Translations under genes and position numbers: made by a program
Shown here: piece by piece, positions 1-10,021 of the stretch
Layout of the letters: each line of letters begins with the position of its first letter
Numbering within the stretch: position 1 is the stretch's first letter
Notes under the pieces: model-generated
What the model was told of the DNA's origin: nothing
The model's database searches: none
Seen by the model: only the letters and a program-made list of their open reading frames with translations
Assembly (NCBI GenBank): GCA_030704665.1
Contig: JAUYID010000009.1
Span: 729,702-793,701, forward strand
From: a bacterium
GTDB taxonomy: Bacteria; Patescibacteriota; Microgenomatia; Woykebacterales; RBG-16-39-9b
Length of the DNA stretch: 64,000 nucleotides
Direction: 5' to 3'

Positions 1-21
1 AGATACATATATTATTAATTT

Positions 22-633
22 GTGAACCGAAAGCTTCTGTTCTTCTTGCCTATACTTCTTTTTCTTGTCGGGGTGGACGTTTGGGGCGGGGTAAATTTTA
101 TCAGTCGTAAAGCTTCCTCTACCACCGAAAGTGCAAAAAACAAGATCGCTTCAGCTGAGAGCACAAAAAGCAAAACCACTTCTTGGGCAACCTACAAAAA
201 CACTGTCGTCGGCTTTGAATTCAGTTATCTAAGTTCTTACAAAAAACCCAGAGTCCCAACTAACACTCCTCCATACGAAGCTGTAGCAACGGGCAAAGAG
301 GACAATGTTTCGGCTCTTCTCATTGGTGACGATGCAGAAAAAGGCTATGTGCTAAGTATTTTGCTCAGAGAAAAAAACTACTCATTAAATGATTATTTTA
401 CTGCTAGTCTCGCTCTAGTTGAGGAAAAAGGAAAAAGCTCCTTTAAAAAAACCAGTGTTACTATCGACGGGGTAGCCGGTTTAAAAGTAAGTTTGGTAGG
501 GAAAACAACAAACGTAATTTTTATGACAAAATCGCATTTTATCGAGCTACACAATCACACTCCCTTGCCAGAAGAATCTAACGAATCCGAATTTACTTCA
601 ATGATTAATAGCTTTAAATTCACTATAAAATAA
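22..633 (+). CDS. hypothetical secreted/membrane-anchored protein (N-terminal hydrophobic signal)
   Basis: ORF track, 203 aa. GTG start. N-terminus FFLPILLFLVGVDVWG is hydrophobic. No recognisable catalytic motif. Confidence 0.4.
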   Translation: MNRKLLFFLPILLFLVGVDVWGGVNFISRKASSTTESAKNKIASAESTKSKTTSWATYKNTVVGFEFSYLSSYKKPRVPTNTPPYEAVATGKEDNVSALLIGDDAEKGYVLSILLREKNYSLNDYFTASLALVEEKGKSSFKKTSVTIDGVAGLKVSLVGKTTNVIFMTKSHFIELHNHTPLPEESNESEFTSMINSFKFTIK

Positions 634-693
634 TGGTTTCAATCACCAGACCTGCATTGGGCCATAAAATGGTCATAGGACGGAAATAGCAAA

Positions 694-1923
694 ATGATTT
701 CAATAATTATCCCCGCCTACAATGAAGAAGACCGCATTGGTAACTCCCTTGAAAAACTAGCTGCTTTTTTGGAAAAAAGAAATGGTGATTTTGAAGTCAT
801 ACTAGTTGACGATGCTAGTACTGATAGAACCAGCGAAATTGCGCAGTCTTTTGCCAACAAAATCCCCAACTTTAAGGTTCTGAAGCTTGAGAAAAGTCCT
901 TTTGCGGGTAAAGGCTACGCAGTCAACAAAGGAATTTTAGCTTCTCAAGGAGAAATTGCAGTCTTTACGGATTCTGATTTTTCTACCCCAATTGAAGAAG
1001 TCGACAAACTCCTGAAAAAAATTAGTGATGAAGGCTTCGACATCGCCATTGGTTCTCGTGCCCTTGATCGCTCAACCGTACTGCAACATCAAGGCTTTCT
1101 GCGCGAACTCATGGGACGAAGTTTTAATATTCTGGTCCGTATTTTTACAGTCCGGGGAATAGTTGATACACAATGCGGCTTTAAAGCTTTCAAGATGAGC
1201 TCTTGTCGCGAAATTTTCGAGCAGGAAAAGATCTTTGATTTTGGCTTTGACGTAGAACTCCTCTTTGAAGCCCAGAAAACAAACCTAAAGATAGCTGAAG
1301 TGCCTGTCCTCTGGTTCAATGACAAAAGAAGCACGGTCAATCCGATCATTGACTCAACCAAAATGTTTCTGGATCTGATCAAAATCCGGATGTATCACGG
1401 TCGTCTCGATGGTTCTTTGGCTGATAAAATTTACTATTTAATCTATCACCACCGAACTTTTTGGCGCTTCTCCATCGTCGGAGTCAGCAACACGATCGTT
1501 GACTACGGACTCTTTTTTGTTTTAACCAAAAAACTGAGCCTAGATGCTTTGGTTGCGAACCCGATCAATGTCGAGGTGGCCATTCTCTGGAGTTTTTTCT
1601 GGAACAACCTTTGGACTTTTTCGGAGAGAAAGTCTCGTCAACCACTCTGGTCGCGTTTTCTGATTTTTCAACTTATTCAACTCGGTGGGCTTGCTCTGTC
1701 ACAAAACAGTTTACTGATTTTGCACAAATACTTCGGTTTGGGAGACTTACTTGCCAAAGCACTGACAATCCCCGTAGTCCTTGTCTTTAACTATGTTCTG
1801 AATAGTCGTTGGGCTTTTAGTGAGGAAAAGCGCAATCTTTTGAGCTGGTTTGCTTATTCTACTTTGATCGTCTTTCTCTTCTTTATCTATTTCTATTTGA
1901 ATCAGGGGAAGTTCGTACTTTGA
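694..1923 (+). CDS. family 2 glycosyltransferase (Dpm1/polyprenol-phosphate sugar transferase-like) fused to a C-terminal GtrA-like membrane domain
   Basis: N-terminus IIIPAYNEEDRIGNSL...ILVDDASTDRT...DSDFSTP is the GT-A/GT2 signature. The C-terminal approx 120 aa are multi-TM and GtrA-like. Confidence 0.8.
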   Translation: MISIIIPAYNEEDRIGNSLEKLAAFLEKRNGDFEVILVDDASTDRTSEIAQSFANKIPNFKVLKLEKSPFAGKGYAVNKGILASQGEIAVFTDSDFSTPIEEVDKLLKKISDEGFDIAIGSRALDRSTVLQHQGFLRELMGRSFNILVRIFTVRGIVDTQCGFKAFKMSSCREIFEQEKIFDFGFDVELLFEAQKTNLKIAEVPVLWFNDKRSTVNPIIDSTKMFLDLIKIRMYHGRLDGSLADKIYYLIYHHRTFWRFSIVGVSNTIVDYGLFFVLTKKLSLDALVANPINVEVAILWSFFWNNLWTFSERKSRQPLWSRFLIFQLIQLGGLALSQNSLLILHKYFGLGDLLAKALTIPVVLVFNYVLNSRWAFSEEKRNLLSWFAYSTLIVFLFFIYFYLNQGKFVL

Positions 1924-3002
1924 AAAGCTTTTTTTCTTTTCTCCTGATTTCTATTTTCAGTATCCTTTTTAGTCTTAGTCTCTTTGCTTACGACTTGAAA
2001 TTAGTTTTCCTCAATCCAGAGACGATCAAGGAATCCTTGGTCAAAAACAATGCCTATGAAAGTGTCGTGACCAGCTTTTTGCCAACTGTAGTTTTACAAG
2101 CCCTGAAAAATAACGGTGCTGATTCTGAAAACGCAGGTACTTTAGCCCAAAAAGTCTCGATAAAATTGGTTGATCCAAAATCTCTACAGCAAGACACAGA
2201 AACAATTTTGGATCATTTACTTCCTTACCTTGATGGAAAAACTCAAACCCTAGCCTTTAGTCTTGATCTGACCAAATACAAAAAGACCTTGGAAAACAAC
2301 TTTGAAACTGCTTTTTTGGACTATTTTTCTTCTTTACCGCTTTGCGACCCGGGAGGGGAAAAACAAGAGTCAGAAGGTCTTCCTTCCTGTCGAGCTGAGG
2401 GCACGACCTTGGCTCAGCTTTACCAACAAATACCGGCTCAAGAAATAAGAGAAAGTTTGCTTGACCGCTTCCCGGCTGAAGTAAAAATTGACAACAACAA
2501 GGCTACTCTTGTTCCAAGTGAGACTACAAAGGGAGAAGCAGGCCATGTATCTCCAAATCCCTCACAGGATTTGAAATCTATAAAACTAAATTCAATTCGC
2601 GACGGGCTTGGAAAAGCAAATTTATTTATCTTGCTGGGGTTTTCCCTAAGTCTGCTTTCTCTTTGTTTGGTCGCCTTGCTTTGGTTGAAAAACTACCGTT
2701 CTAGCCTGCGCTGGATCAGTCGGGGTCTCTTTACTACTGCTTTTGTTCCCCTACTGATCTCTCTGGCAATTTTTTTGTTTTTGAGTAAAAATTTCCTCCT
2801 TTCAACAATTGATCGTTTCTTTGGCTTACCAGCAGGCATAGATATCGGCCCTCTGGTTGGGGTCGTTCTTTACCTCCTAAAAAGTTTTTCTTTCCTTCTC
2901 TTGCTAGAAGCGATTGTGATGATAGTAATATCAATTGGGATAACTCTCTTTTTAAAATTTTACCGCCCTAGCGGCAAATCTCTTCTTAGGAAAACCCCTT
3001 GA
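1920..3002 (+). CDS. hypothetical membrane protein
   Basis: 360 aa. Signal/TM at the N-terminus and several C-terminal TM helices. Start is translationally coupled to the stop of the upstream GT2 gene. Confidence 0.4.
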   Translation: MKSFFSFLLISIFSILFSLSLFAYDLKLVFLNPETIKESLVKNNAYESVVTSFLPTVVLQALKNNGADSENAGTLAQKVSIKLVDPKSLQQDTETILDHLLPYLDGKTQTLAFSLDLTKYKKTLENNFETAFLDYFSSLPLCDPGGEKQESEGLPSCRAEGTTLAQLYQQIPAQEIRESLLDRFPAEVKIDNNKATLVPSETTKGEAGHVSPNPSQDLKSIKLNSIRDGLGKANLFILLGFSLSLLSLCLVALLWLKNYRSSLRWISRGLFTTAFVPLLISLAIFLFLSKNFLLSTIDRFFGLPAGIDIGPLVGVVLYLLKSFSFLLLLEAIVMIVISIGITLFLKFYRPSGKSLLRKTP

Positions 3003-3089
3003 CTAGTGGATAAAAAAGGTCCGATAATAACTTTACTAACGTCTTTTGTTTAGCACAATTCAAGACGTTTTTTTCAAAATAGCTGCCTC

Positions 3090-3500
3090 TTGATTGGGGG
3101 TGAAAAAAACTTGGAAGCACGTATTCTTAGAGCTGGTTTGGGAGCAGCGGTCTTTGGACTTCTGGTCAGTGGCGCTCTCGGAACTTCCGGTGGTTGGTCA
3201 CCAGTTCTTTCTCTGACCAACAATGTCCTCGGAGTTTGGATCATCGCCATAGTCCTGAGTATCTTCTTTGCCTATATCTTCACTTACTGGTTTGACGCTT
3301 TTTTGCCAGGAAGTGCGGTAGTAAGGGGAGCCATCTTTGGAGCTTTAATTTGGGTTCTTCTCCTGGTCCTTGGAGGAGTCTCGAACTTTTTCAAAGAGGC
3401 TGTTTATCCAGACCCAGCCGGAGCTAGTCTTTTCCTTAGTCTAGTTCTTCACTTGGCTTGGGGCTCGGTTTTATCTCTTCTTTACCAAAGTAAAGGTTAG
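3090..3500 (+). CDS. small hypothetical membrane protein
   Basis: 136 aa. TTG start in the track. Multiple hydrophobic helices. Confidence 0.35.
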   Translation: MIGGEKNLEARILRAGLGAAVFGLLVSGALGTSGGWSPVLSLTNNVLGVWIIAIVLSIFFAYIFTYWFDAFLPGSAVVRGAIFGALIWVLLLVLGGVSNFFKEAVYPDPAGASLFLSLVLHLAWGSVLSLLYQSKG

Positions 3501-4372
3501 GGTAGAACTGAAAGTGGGTTGATGTTTTGTCCGGACTGCGAAACCTCAAAGTGAAGATGTGGTCCTGTTGCCCAACCGCTAACACCAACCCAACCAATGA
3601 CAGTCTTGGCTTTGACTATTTGCCCAACTACAACGTTGGTGGAGCTCAGGTGAGCATACAGTGATTCAAAACCGTTGTGTTTGATGATCACATGATTGCC
3701 AAAACCACCATTGAAGTGATTCACTGAGCTCACCACCCCCTCCATAAAGGGGTGAATCGGTGTTCCATAACTAGCCGCAATATCTATCCCTGAGTGGGAA
3801 GAGGAAAAATAGGTGGTGATATAGCCTCTTGCGGGCCAGTGAAGAGATCTCGAAAGACCTTCTGGCAGACTCACTACGCCAGAAGAAAAGGAGGTGTTCG
3901 TGGGCGGCTTTATATTAGAAGCCTTTATTTCCGCTTCTGTCTCCACTTTGCTAACCAGAGTAGACGTTTGTGTTTCGACCACTTGAGGCGGGTAACTAGT
4001 CGAAGCCGCGTTGGTGTTGGGTGCAAAAAACAAAGTCGCCGGCGAAAGTAGGGAAATTGACAGTAAAACTACCCCAAGTGCCGAAAGCAAGGAAGGTACA
4101 AAGAACATTCTCGGAGAAAAATAGCTTGAAGTTTTGCTTGGAAAGTAAGGTCTCAATTTTTTGCTGGTAAGCAAATTTAGTTTAAAGTATTTGACCAATT
4201 CTGAGATTAGGTAGGGGAACAATTTCTTATCAATACCGAAAAACTTACTCTTTCGAGCTTGGTGAAAATCATGGAAGTAAACTACTTCCCTTGGTTTTAT
4301 TTCTTGGACTTGCGGACCTCTGGGGGCTTTTCCCCACAGAAATCCATTGTCCAAATAGTGTATTGAACTCAT
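3497..4372 (-). CDS. M23/LytM family metallopeptidase; the true start is probably internal, at MFFVPSLL near 4108
   Basis: Canonical-order M23 motifs GIDIAASYGTPIHP...HNGFESLYAHL...GWVGVSGWATGPHLHFEV. The signal-peptide-like segment begins at aa approx 88 of the longest ORF. Confidence 0.75.
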   Translation of the reverse strand: MSSIHYLDNGFLWGKAPRGPQVQEIKPREVVYFHDFHQARKSKFFGIDKKLFPYLISELVKYFKLNLLTSKKLRPYFPSKTSSYFSPRMFFVPSLLSALGVVLLSISLLSPATLFFAPNTNAASTSYPPQVVETQTSTLVSKVETEAEIKASNIKPPTNTSFSSGVVSLPEGLSRSLHWPARGYITTYFSSSHSGIDIAASYGTPIHPFMEGVVSSVNHFNGGFGNHVIIKHNGFESLYAHLSSTNVVVGQIVKAKTVIGWVGVSGWATGPHLHFEVSQSGQNINPLSVLP

Positions 4373-4479
4373 TGAGATTTTGCTTCGGGGGATTTCAGGT
4401 CAACAATCTATCACTTTTGAGTCTTTTTGTCAAAAATTTTTGAGAAATTCTAGATAAATTCACTTAAGCGTATATAATA

Positions 4480-5565
4480 TTGAGTATGGAAGAGTACAAA
4501 CAAAAAATAAAGCAGCTCACTAAACGGCTAGACAGTCTAATTTCGGGAGCGGTTTTGGCTGAAAAAAGAAAAGAAATTCTCTCTTTGGAAGCAAACACTC
4601 TCAAAAGTGATTTCTGGTCGGATACTCTCTCTGCCCAAGAAACGATGCGGCAACTGTCTGATTTAAAAACTGAGGTTGCTGACTTCGAAGATTTGAAAGA
4701 GACACTGACAACCTTGTCAGAACTAGCAGATTTGGAAACTTCAAATCAGGAAGAAACAATCGATTTCGAATCTGAAATTGAAAAGGTAGGAAAAAAACTA
4801 GACAAAATCGAAAGTCTTTCCTTTTTGTCTGGTCCCTATGACAAAGCAGACGCTCTTCTTTCAATCCATTCCGGTCAAGGCGGTACTGAGGCGATGGATT
4901 GGGCCGCTATGCTGCTGCGGATGTATCTGCGCTTTGCTGAAAGAAAGAGCTGGTCAAGCCATCTTATCGAAGAAACCAAAGGTGAGGAAGCCGGAATAAA
5001 ATCGGCAACGATTGAAATAAAAGGCAAACAAGCTTACGGTCTTTTGAAAAATGAAGCTGGAACTCACCGTTTAGTTCGGCAATCCCCTTTTAATGCTGAC
5101 GCCCTTCGCCAAACCTCTTTTACCCTTGTCGAAGTTTTACCTGTCATTGAACAAGCAGAAAAAACTTTACTTAATCCAGAGGAAATTGAAATGGAGGCTT
5201 TTCGCTCTTCTGGTCCGGGCGGGCAAAATGTTCAAAAGGTAAACACCGCCGTCAGACTACGTCACAAACCAACTGGTCTTGTCATCACAGCTCAATCGGA
5301 AAGAAGTCAGCTCCAAAACAAGGAAAATGCTCTTAAGCTCCTCACTGCCAAACTTTACGCTCTTGAAGAAGAAAAACGGGCCAAAGAGGAAAGACAGCTC
5401 AAAGGTCAGTTCAAAGTCGCAGGCTGGGGCAATCAAATTCGTTCTTATGTCCTTCACCCCTACAAACAAGTGAAAGATTTGCGTACTGGACTCGTCTCAA
5501 CTGACCCAAACCAAGTCCTGGACGGTCATTTGGAGCCGTTTATTGAGGCTGAATTGAGGCTCTAA
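4480..5565 (+). CDS. prfB: peptide chain release factor 2
   Basis: GGQ motif (SGPGGQNVQKVNTAVRL) and the RF2-specific SPF tripeptide (RQSPFNAD). The ORF is continuous, with no programmed +1 frameshift. Confidence 0.9.
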   Translation: MSMEEYKQKIKQLTKRLDSLISGAVLAEKRKEILSLEANTLKSDFWSDTLSAQETMRQLSDLKTEVADFEDLKETLTTLSELADLETSNQEETIDFESEIEKVGKKLDKIESLSFLSGPYDKADALLSIHSGQGGTEAMDWAAMLLRMYLRFAERKSWSSHLIEETKGEEAGIKSATIEIKGKQAYGLLKNEAGTHRLVRQSPFNADALRQTSFTLVEVLPVIEQAEKTLLNPEEIEMEAFRSSGPGGQNVQKVNTAVRLRHKPTGLVITAQSERSQLQNKENALKLLTAKLYALEEEKRAKEERQLKGQFKVAGWGNQIRSYVLHPYKQVKDLRTGLVSTDPNQVLDGHLEPFIEAELRL

Positions 5566-5633
5566 CTCGAGAGAGCAGCCGCCAGTAAAGTTGCTTTTTG
5601 TGGCTAAATTTGCTATGGTGAAATCTCCAACTG

Positions 5634-6332
5634 ATGATTGTCTTCGATGAAGTCTCCAAGCAATATAATCTAACCAATGCCCTCTCGGATATAAATTTGG
5701 AAATTGAGGACGGAGAGTTCGTTTTTTTGATTGGTCCTTCCGGAGCAGGAAAATCTACTCTGCTCAAACTTTTGATTCGCGAAGAACTTCCTACTCAAGG
5801 ACAAATATTCGTTGGCGAATCCGAAATAACCTCCCTACCATCGAACCGCGTTCCTCATCTTCGTCGGGTCGTGGGAACAATTTTTCAAGATTTTAAACTT
5901 CTACCCCAAAGAACTGTTTTTGAAAATGTCGCCTTTCCTTTGGAAATAATCGGTCTTGCCGACGAAGAGGTCTCTCGTACTAGTCATGAGGCTCTTAAAC
6001 TAGTCAATTTGGCTAGCAAAGCCGAGCACTTTCCTTGGCAACTTTCCGGTGGTGAACAACAACGCACTGCTATTGCCCGCTCAATGGTCCAGAGACCTGA
6101 AGTACTTCTTGCTGATGAACCAACCGGCAACCTTGATCCTCAAAGTGCCTGGGAAGTGATGCAACTCCTCGCCAAGCTCAACAAACTAGGAACTACTATT
6201 GTCATGGCTACTCACAATCTTGATATTACGAGCAGTCTCCCGCACCGGATGCTTGAAATCCGTGAAGGCAAAATCGCCCGCGACACCAAACCGAAAAAGG
6301 AATCGAAAGAAACCAAGGAGGAGAAAAAATGA
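5634..6332 (+). CDS. ftsE: cell division ATP-binding protein FtsE
   Basis: Walker [13 protein letters not shown] signature LSGGEQQR and Walker [12 protein letters not shown]. Lies immediately upstream of ftsX. Confidence 0.9.
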   Translation: MIVFDEVSKQYNLTNALSDINLEIEDGEFVFLIGPSGAGKSTLLKLLIREELPTQGQIFVGESEITSLPSNRVPHLRRVVGTIFQDFKLLPQRTVFENVAFPLEIIGLADEEVSRTSHEALKLVNLASKAEHFPWQLSGGEQQRTAIARSMVQRPEVLLADEPTGNLDPQSAWEVMQLLAKLNKLGTTIVMATHNLDITSSLPHRMLEIREGKIARDTKPKKESKETKEEKK

Positions 6333-7210
6333 AAACTTTACAACGACTCTTTTCAACTACTTTTAAGAGAATAACGCGCAACCCCTACAATGCTGCGGGA
6401 GCCATAGCCGTCATGTTTCTCACTTTTTTGGTGGGCGGAAGCTTTGTCTTGATTAGCTTTGGCTCCAACAAAATTTTAAGTTACTATGAATCTAGACCTC
6501 AAGTAATTGCTTTTTTGAAAGATGACACTACTGATACCCAAGTTGAAGAAATTAAGGAAAGTTTAAACTCCACCGGAAAGGTATCTTCGGTAAATTACGT
6601 TTCCAAAGAAGCAGCGCTAGAAATTTATAAAAGCAGAAACAAATCTCAGCCAGAACTGACCGAATTTGTTACTGCTGATATTTTACCCTCTTCTTTGGAG
6701 ATCTCCACCAAAAACATTGAGGATCAAGATGAAGTCGCCAAAGCAGTTGCCGCCGAGCCTCAAGTTGAAGAAGTAGCTTTTCTGAAAGAATTGATCGACA
6801 ATCTTACTAAATGGACAAAAGCGATCCGTTTGGTCGGTATGAGCTCGATTGTTTTCTTGATGCTAACTTCTATTTTTGTCACTCTAGTGGTCATCGGACT
6901 GAATATTTCTCTCCACAAAGAAGAAATTGAGATCATGAAACTGGTCGGAGCAACTGAACGTTACATACGCACTCCTTTCCTCTTTGAAGGAGCTCTTTAT
7001 GGTTTGGTATCAGCTCTTTTATCTACTTTGGCGACCATTGGAGCAATGGTTTGGCTGAGTCCCTTTGTTTCGCGCTATCTGGGAGAGTTTTCTCTTGTTC
7101 CTGTTCCTTGGACCAACTACGCCTATCTCTTGGCAGCTGAGGCAGGGGTAGGAATCTTTGTTGGAACTCTTGGCTCCTACATTGCGACGAGAAAATACTT
7201 AAAAGTTTAG
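6329..7210 (+). CDS. ftsX: cell division permease FtsX
   Basis: 293 aa. Topology is TM1, then a large extracytoplasmic loop, then three C-terminal TM helices. Overlaps the ftsE stop (ATGA). Confidence 0.85.
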   Translation: MKTLQRLFSTTFKRITRNPYNAAGAIAVMFLTFLVGGSFVLISFGSNKILSYYESRPQVIAFLKDDTTDTQVEEIKESLNSTGKVSSVNYVSKEAALEIYKSRNKSQPELTEFVTADILPSSLEISTKNIEDQDEVAKAVAAEPQVEEVAFLKELIDNLTKWTKAIRLVGMSSIVFLMLTSIFVTLVVIGLNISLHKEEIEIMKLVGATERYIRTPFLFEGALYGLVSALLSTLATIGAMVWLSPFVSRYLGEFSLVPVPWTNYAYLLAAEAGVGIFVGTLGSYIATRKYLKV

Positions 7211-7216
7211 ATCCTT

Positions 7217-8356
7217 ATGAAAAAAAGATTGTTCTTTCTGACAATCATCTCCCTTTTTATTCTCGGCCCCTGGATACAGGTACCCCTTTCTGCGGCCAGT
7301 CTTCCTCAAAACTCGGGTGGTTTGCTCGAGGACCTAAACAGTAATTTAAAAAGACAGGAACAGCTCAAGAAAAATATTAGTAACGCTCAAAATCAGGAAC
7401 GCAGTCTAGCCAACCAAATTTCTTATGCTAACAACCAAATTGAGCTAACCAACCTTCAAATCGAGGAAACTAACGATCGCCTCGATCTCTTGGCGGACAA
7501 AATTAAGAAGACCAAAAAGAAGCTGGCAAACGCGGTCAAAGACTACAACCACATGAACGATGTGGCTGACAGCCGAATCAGAAAGATTTACAAGGAAGGC
7601 TTCTCCGGACCACTTGATAATCTTCTAACTAGCGACAACGTCAACTATTTTCTCATCCGACAAAAGTATGCCGACGCCGTTCATCAATCAGACGTTAACT
7701 TGATGAACAACCTCAAAAAAGTACGTGACGGCATCAGTCAAGACAAAAAAGATCTGGACAAGCAAAAGTCTGACACCGAAAAGCTGAAAACCCAACTTGT
7801 TTCCCAGGAAAATTCTTTGTCGGATCAAAAATCCCAAAAGTCTTATCTGCTGAGAGTCACGAAAAACAACGAAATCACCTACCAAAGTCTGCTCGCTCAA
7901 GCCAAGGCTGAACAAGCTCAAATTCTGGTCGCTTTGGGTGGTGGCGGAGTCATCATTGGGGACGTCACCCGCGGTCAGATCATCGCCTTTCAAGGCAACT
8001 CAGGGTGTTCTAGTGGGTCCCACCTACACTTCGAATACCGTATTAATGGAAGAGCAGTTGATCCACTGCCTTATCTAAGAAGCGGTCAATTAGGTCAACC
8101 AGAAAGAGGTTACCAGATTAACCAATACTTTGGACAAAATGCAAACTGGGCCATCTATGGACCTGGAGGGCATCCAGCTATTGATATTAGCTCCGGATCT
8201 AATTCTCCAGTTTATGCGGCCAAAGCCGGCCAAGCTAGACTGATAGTTGATAGAAACAGTTACGGCTGCCCAGGAGCCTGGTGGCACCCACCGGCACGTG
8301 GGATTGTCATTGACCACTCAGACGGAAGCAAAACCCTATATTGGCACATTCGTTAG
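7217..8356 (+). CDS. EnvC-like coiled-coil murein hydrolase activator / M23 peptidase with a permuted LytM domain
   Basis: Signal peptide, then an approx 200-aa coiled coil rich in Q/K/L heptads. C-terminal LytM motifs are present but in swapped order: [24 protein letters not shown] precedes HPAIDI...[10 protein letters not shown]...LYWHI. Confidence 0.7.
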   Translation: MKKRLFFLTIISLFILGPWIQVPLSAASLPQNSGGLLEDLNSNLKRQEQLKKNISNAQNQERSLANQISYANNQIELTNLQIEETNDRLDLLADKIKKTKKKLANAVKDYNHMNDVADSRIRKIYKEGFSGPLDNLLTSDNVNYFLIRQKYADAVHQSDVNLMNNLKKVRDGISQDKKDLDKQKSDTEKLKTQLVSQENSLSDQKSQKSYLLRVTKNNEITYQSLLAQAKAEQAQILVALGGGGVIIGDVTRGQIIAFQGNSGCSSGSHLHFEYRINGRAVDPLPYLRSGQLGQPERGYQINQYFGQNANWAIYGPGGHPAIDISSGSNSPVYAAKAGQARLIVDRNSYGCPGAWWHPPARGIVIDHSDGSKTLYWHIR

Positions 8357-8394
8357 AAAAACTTAGCTAACTTCAAAAAAACGGCACTTATCCC

Positions 8395-8423
8395 TTGACA
8401 ACAAGTAAATAGTATGCTATAGT
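8395..8423 (+). promoter_or_regulatory. sigma70-like promoter for the transposase (TTGACA, 17-nt spacer, TATAGT)
   Basis: TTGACA at 8395-8400, spacer 8401-8417, TATAGT at 8418-8423. GAGG follows, then ATG at 8431. Confidence 0.5.
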
Positions 8424-9330
8424 GAGGCTAATGAACACTAAGTTTAGCCTCAGACAATTTAAGAGAAAATATGGTACGCACGAACAATGCTTGGAAGCTA
8501 TTAAGAAGCTACGTTTCGCAGATGAAATGGATTGTCCAAAATGCAAAAGGCTTTCAGTTTTCTACAAAGTTTCAGACCGAACCGCTTATGCCTGTAAGTT
8601 CTGTGGCTACCAAATTTACCCATTAGCAGGAACTATTTTTGAGAAAACTACTACGCCACTTGATATGTGGTTCTTTGCAATGTACTTAATGGTACAAACC
8701 CGTTCTGGTTGTTCTGCTAAACAACTGGAAAGAATGCTCGAAGTTACTTACAAGACTGCTTGGAGAATGTTTAAGCAGATTAGAGCCTTAATGGCTGACA
8801 ATTCAGGTGAGCCGTTAGACGGAATTATTGAAATTGACGAAACCTTTGTGGGTGGTAAAGCAAAGAACAGGGCAAGAAAGTGGATACAGGGCGTTGAGGG
8901 CGAGGAAAAAGAGGTTGTTATGGGTATGGTGCAAAGAGAGGGTAAAATCTATCTCAAGCACGTTCCAAATACTGGCAAGTACACTTTGCTTCGCCAAATC
9001 AAAGACCACGTTAGCCCTAAAGCTACCATTTACACTGACCAGTACGGCTCGTACAAACAACTTAACCGCTTGGGCTACAACCACTCTTGGGTAAACCACA
9101 AAAAGACTTTCGTTTATGGTGACGTTTACACTCAAAATATCGAGAACTTTTGGTCTCACCTAAAGCGTGGAATTACTGGCGTGTACCGAGTGGTAAGCAA
9201 GAAGTACCTGCAAAGCTACGTTGATGAGTTTGGTTTCCGTTATTCTAACAGAAATGTAGGCGGCGGAATGTTTGATCTACTTTTGGCACAGGTTGCAGAG
9301 GTTAAGGTTTTGAAGATTTCTGAGGAGTAG
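8422..9330 (+). CDS. IS1595-family (ISXO2-like) DDE transposase; the likely true start is ATG 8431
   Basis: N-terminal zinc ribbon (CPKCKR...CKFCGY) followed by the MWFFAMYLM...QLERML helix and GIIEIDETFVGGK, typical of the IS1595/ISXO2-like transposase family. Confidence 0.8.
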   Translation: MRLMNTKFSLRQFKRKYGTHEQCLEAIKKLRFADEMDCPKCKRLSVFYKVSDRTAYACKFCGYQIYPLAGTIFEKTTTPLDMWFFAMYLMVQTRSGCSAKQLERMLEVTYKTAWRMFKQIRALMADNSGEPLDGIIEIDETFVGGKAKNRARKWIQGVEGEEKEVVMGMVQREGKIYLKHVPNTGKYTLLRQIKDHVSPKATIYTDQYGSYKQLNRLGYNHSWVNHKKTFVYGDVYTQNIENFWSHLKRGITGVYRVVSKKYLQSYVDEFGFRYSNRNVGGGMFDLLLAQVAEVKVLKISEE

Positions 9331-9448
9331 AGGCTTTTTTCAGAACTTTAAGGAAGTCTTTTTTTGCGTCTTCCCGACCACCTTGCTTAAGCCACTCTTT
9401 GAGTTTTATATCCTGGGAAAGAGGTTTTTTCTTCACAACACAATTATA

Positions 9449-10021
9449 TCACTTAGGTGTCTGAATAGCAGAGGATGTGGCGGTGTTAATAAGGTAATTT
9501 CCCTTTGAATAAAAATTATTGAAATTTATACCGAAAAATATCAACCCAATAATTAAGAGTGTTAGCACTATATAAATAACTATTGAGCCCGCATTTTTAC
9601 CAGTTCTAAGAACAACGTGTAGAAGTAGAACAAAAAATGTAAGTAAACCAGCGGAAATTAAGGTTAAAGAAACAGCCGCTGAAAAAACAGTAACCTGCTT
9701 AAATAAAGAGAACTCTATAGATATAAAAGTGAAAAGGGCAACGAACAAACCCAACGTCTCTATAAGTTGTGTTCTATTCTCATCGAGTTTATCTTCCACT
9801 TTCTTTACTCTATCTTCCTGGCTGTTAAACTCCTTTAATATATCATTTTGTTTATCACTAAGAGTTTTTACTTCATTCTGAAGGGTTTTGGAAAATTCAT
9901 TTAGTGCTTCAATTTGGGGATAAGTTTCTACAATTTCTGGACTACCCGTAGTTGGGATTTTACTGCTTTCAGGCTTTGTTGTTTCTGGTATCGGTTCTGA
10001 TGGTTTTGGCATTTTAATCAA
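9449..10021 (-). CDS. hypothetical protein: N-terminal P/E/T-rich plus coiled-coil region, C-terminal 3-4 TM helices
   Basis: 190 aa. Contains coiled-coil heptads in the region QIEALNEFSKTLQNEVKTLSDKQNDILKEF, followed by hydrophobic helices. Sits in a strongly AT-rich region. Confidence 0.5.
   Translation of the reverse strand: MIKMPKPSEPIPETTKPESSKIPTTGSPEIVETYPQIEALNEFSKTLQNEVKTLSDKQNDILKEFNSQEDRVKKVEDKLDENRTQLIETLGLFVALFTFISIEFSLFKQVTVFSAAVSLTLISAGLLTFFVLLLHVVLRTGKNAGSIVIYIVLTLLIIGLIFFGINFNNFYSKGNYLINTATSSAIQTPK

Larger units (their letters stand above)
8395..9345 (+). mobile_element. IS1595-family insertion sequence (boundaries and inverted repeats not resolved)
   Basis: Single transposase ORF with its own consensus promoter. 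Flanks contain A7/T7 runs but no convincing inverted repeat could be aligned by eye. Confidence 0.45.

Noticed and set aside
1089-1382. Minus-strand ORFs embedded in annotated genes (for example 1089-1382, 4601-4864, 7688-7993, 8815-9159, 19574-19780)
   Set aside because: Each lies wholly inside a well-supported gene on the opposite strand or another frame and has no motif support.
4480-5565. Programmed +1 frameshift site in prfB
   Set aside because: The RF2 ORF is continuous from its start, and no short upstream ORF0 ending in CUU UGA was seen.
8357-9420. Terminal inverted repeats of the IS element
   Set aside because: Only short A7/T7 tracts are shared between flanks. No alignment of 15 or more bp could be made without a tool.
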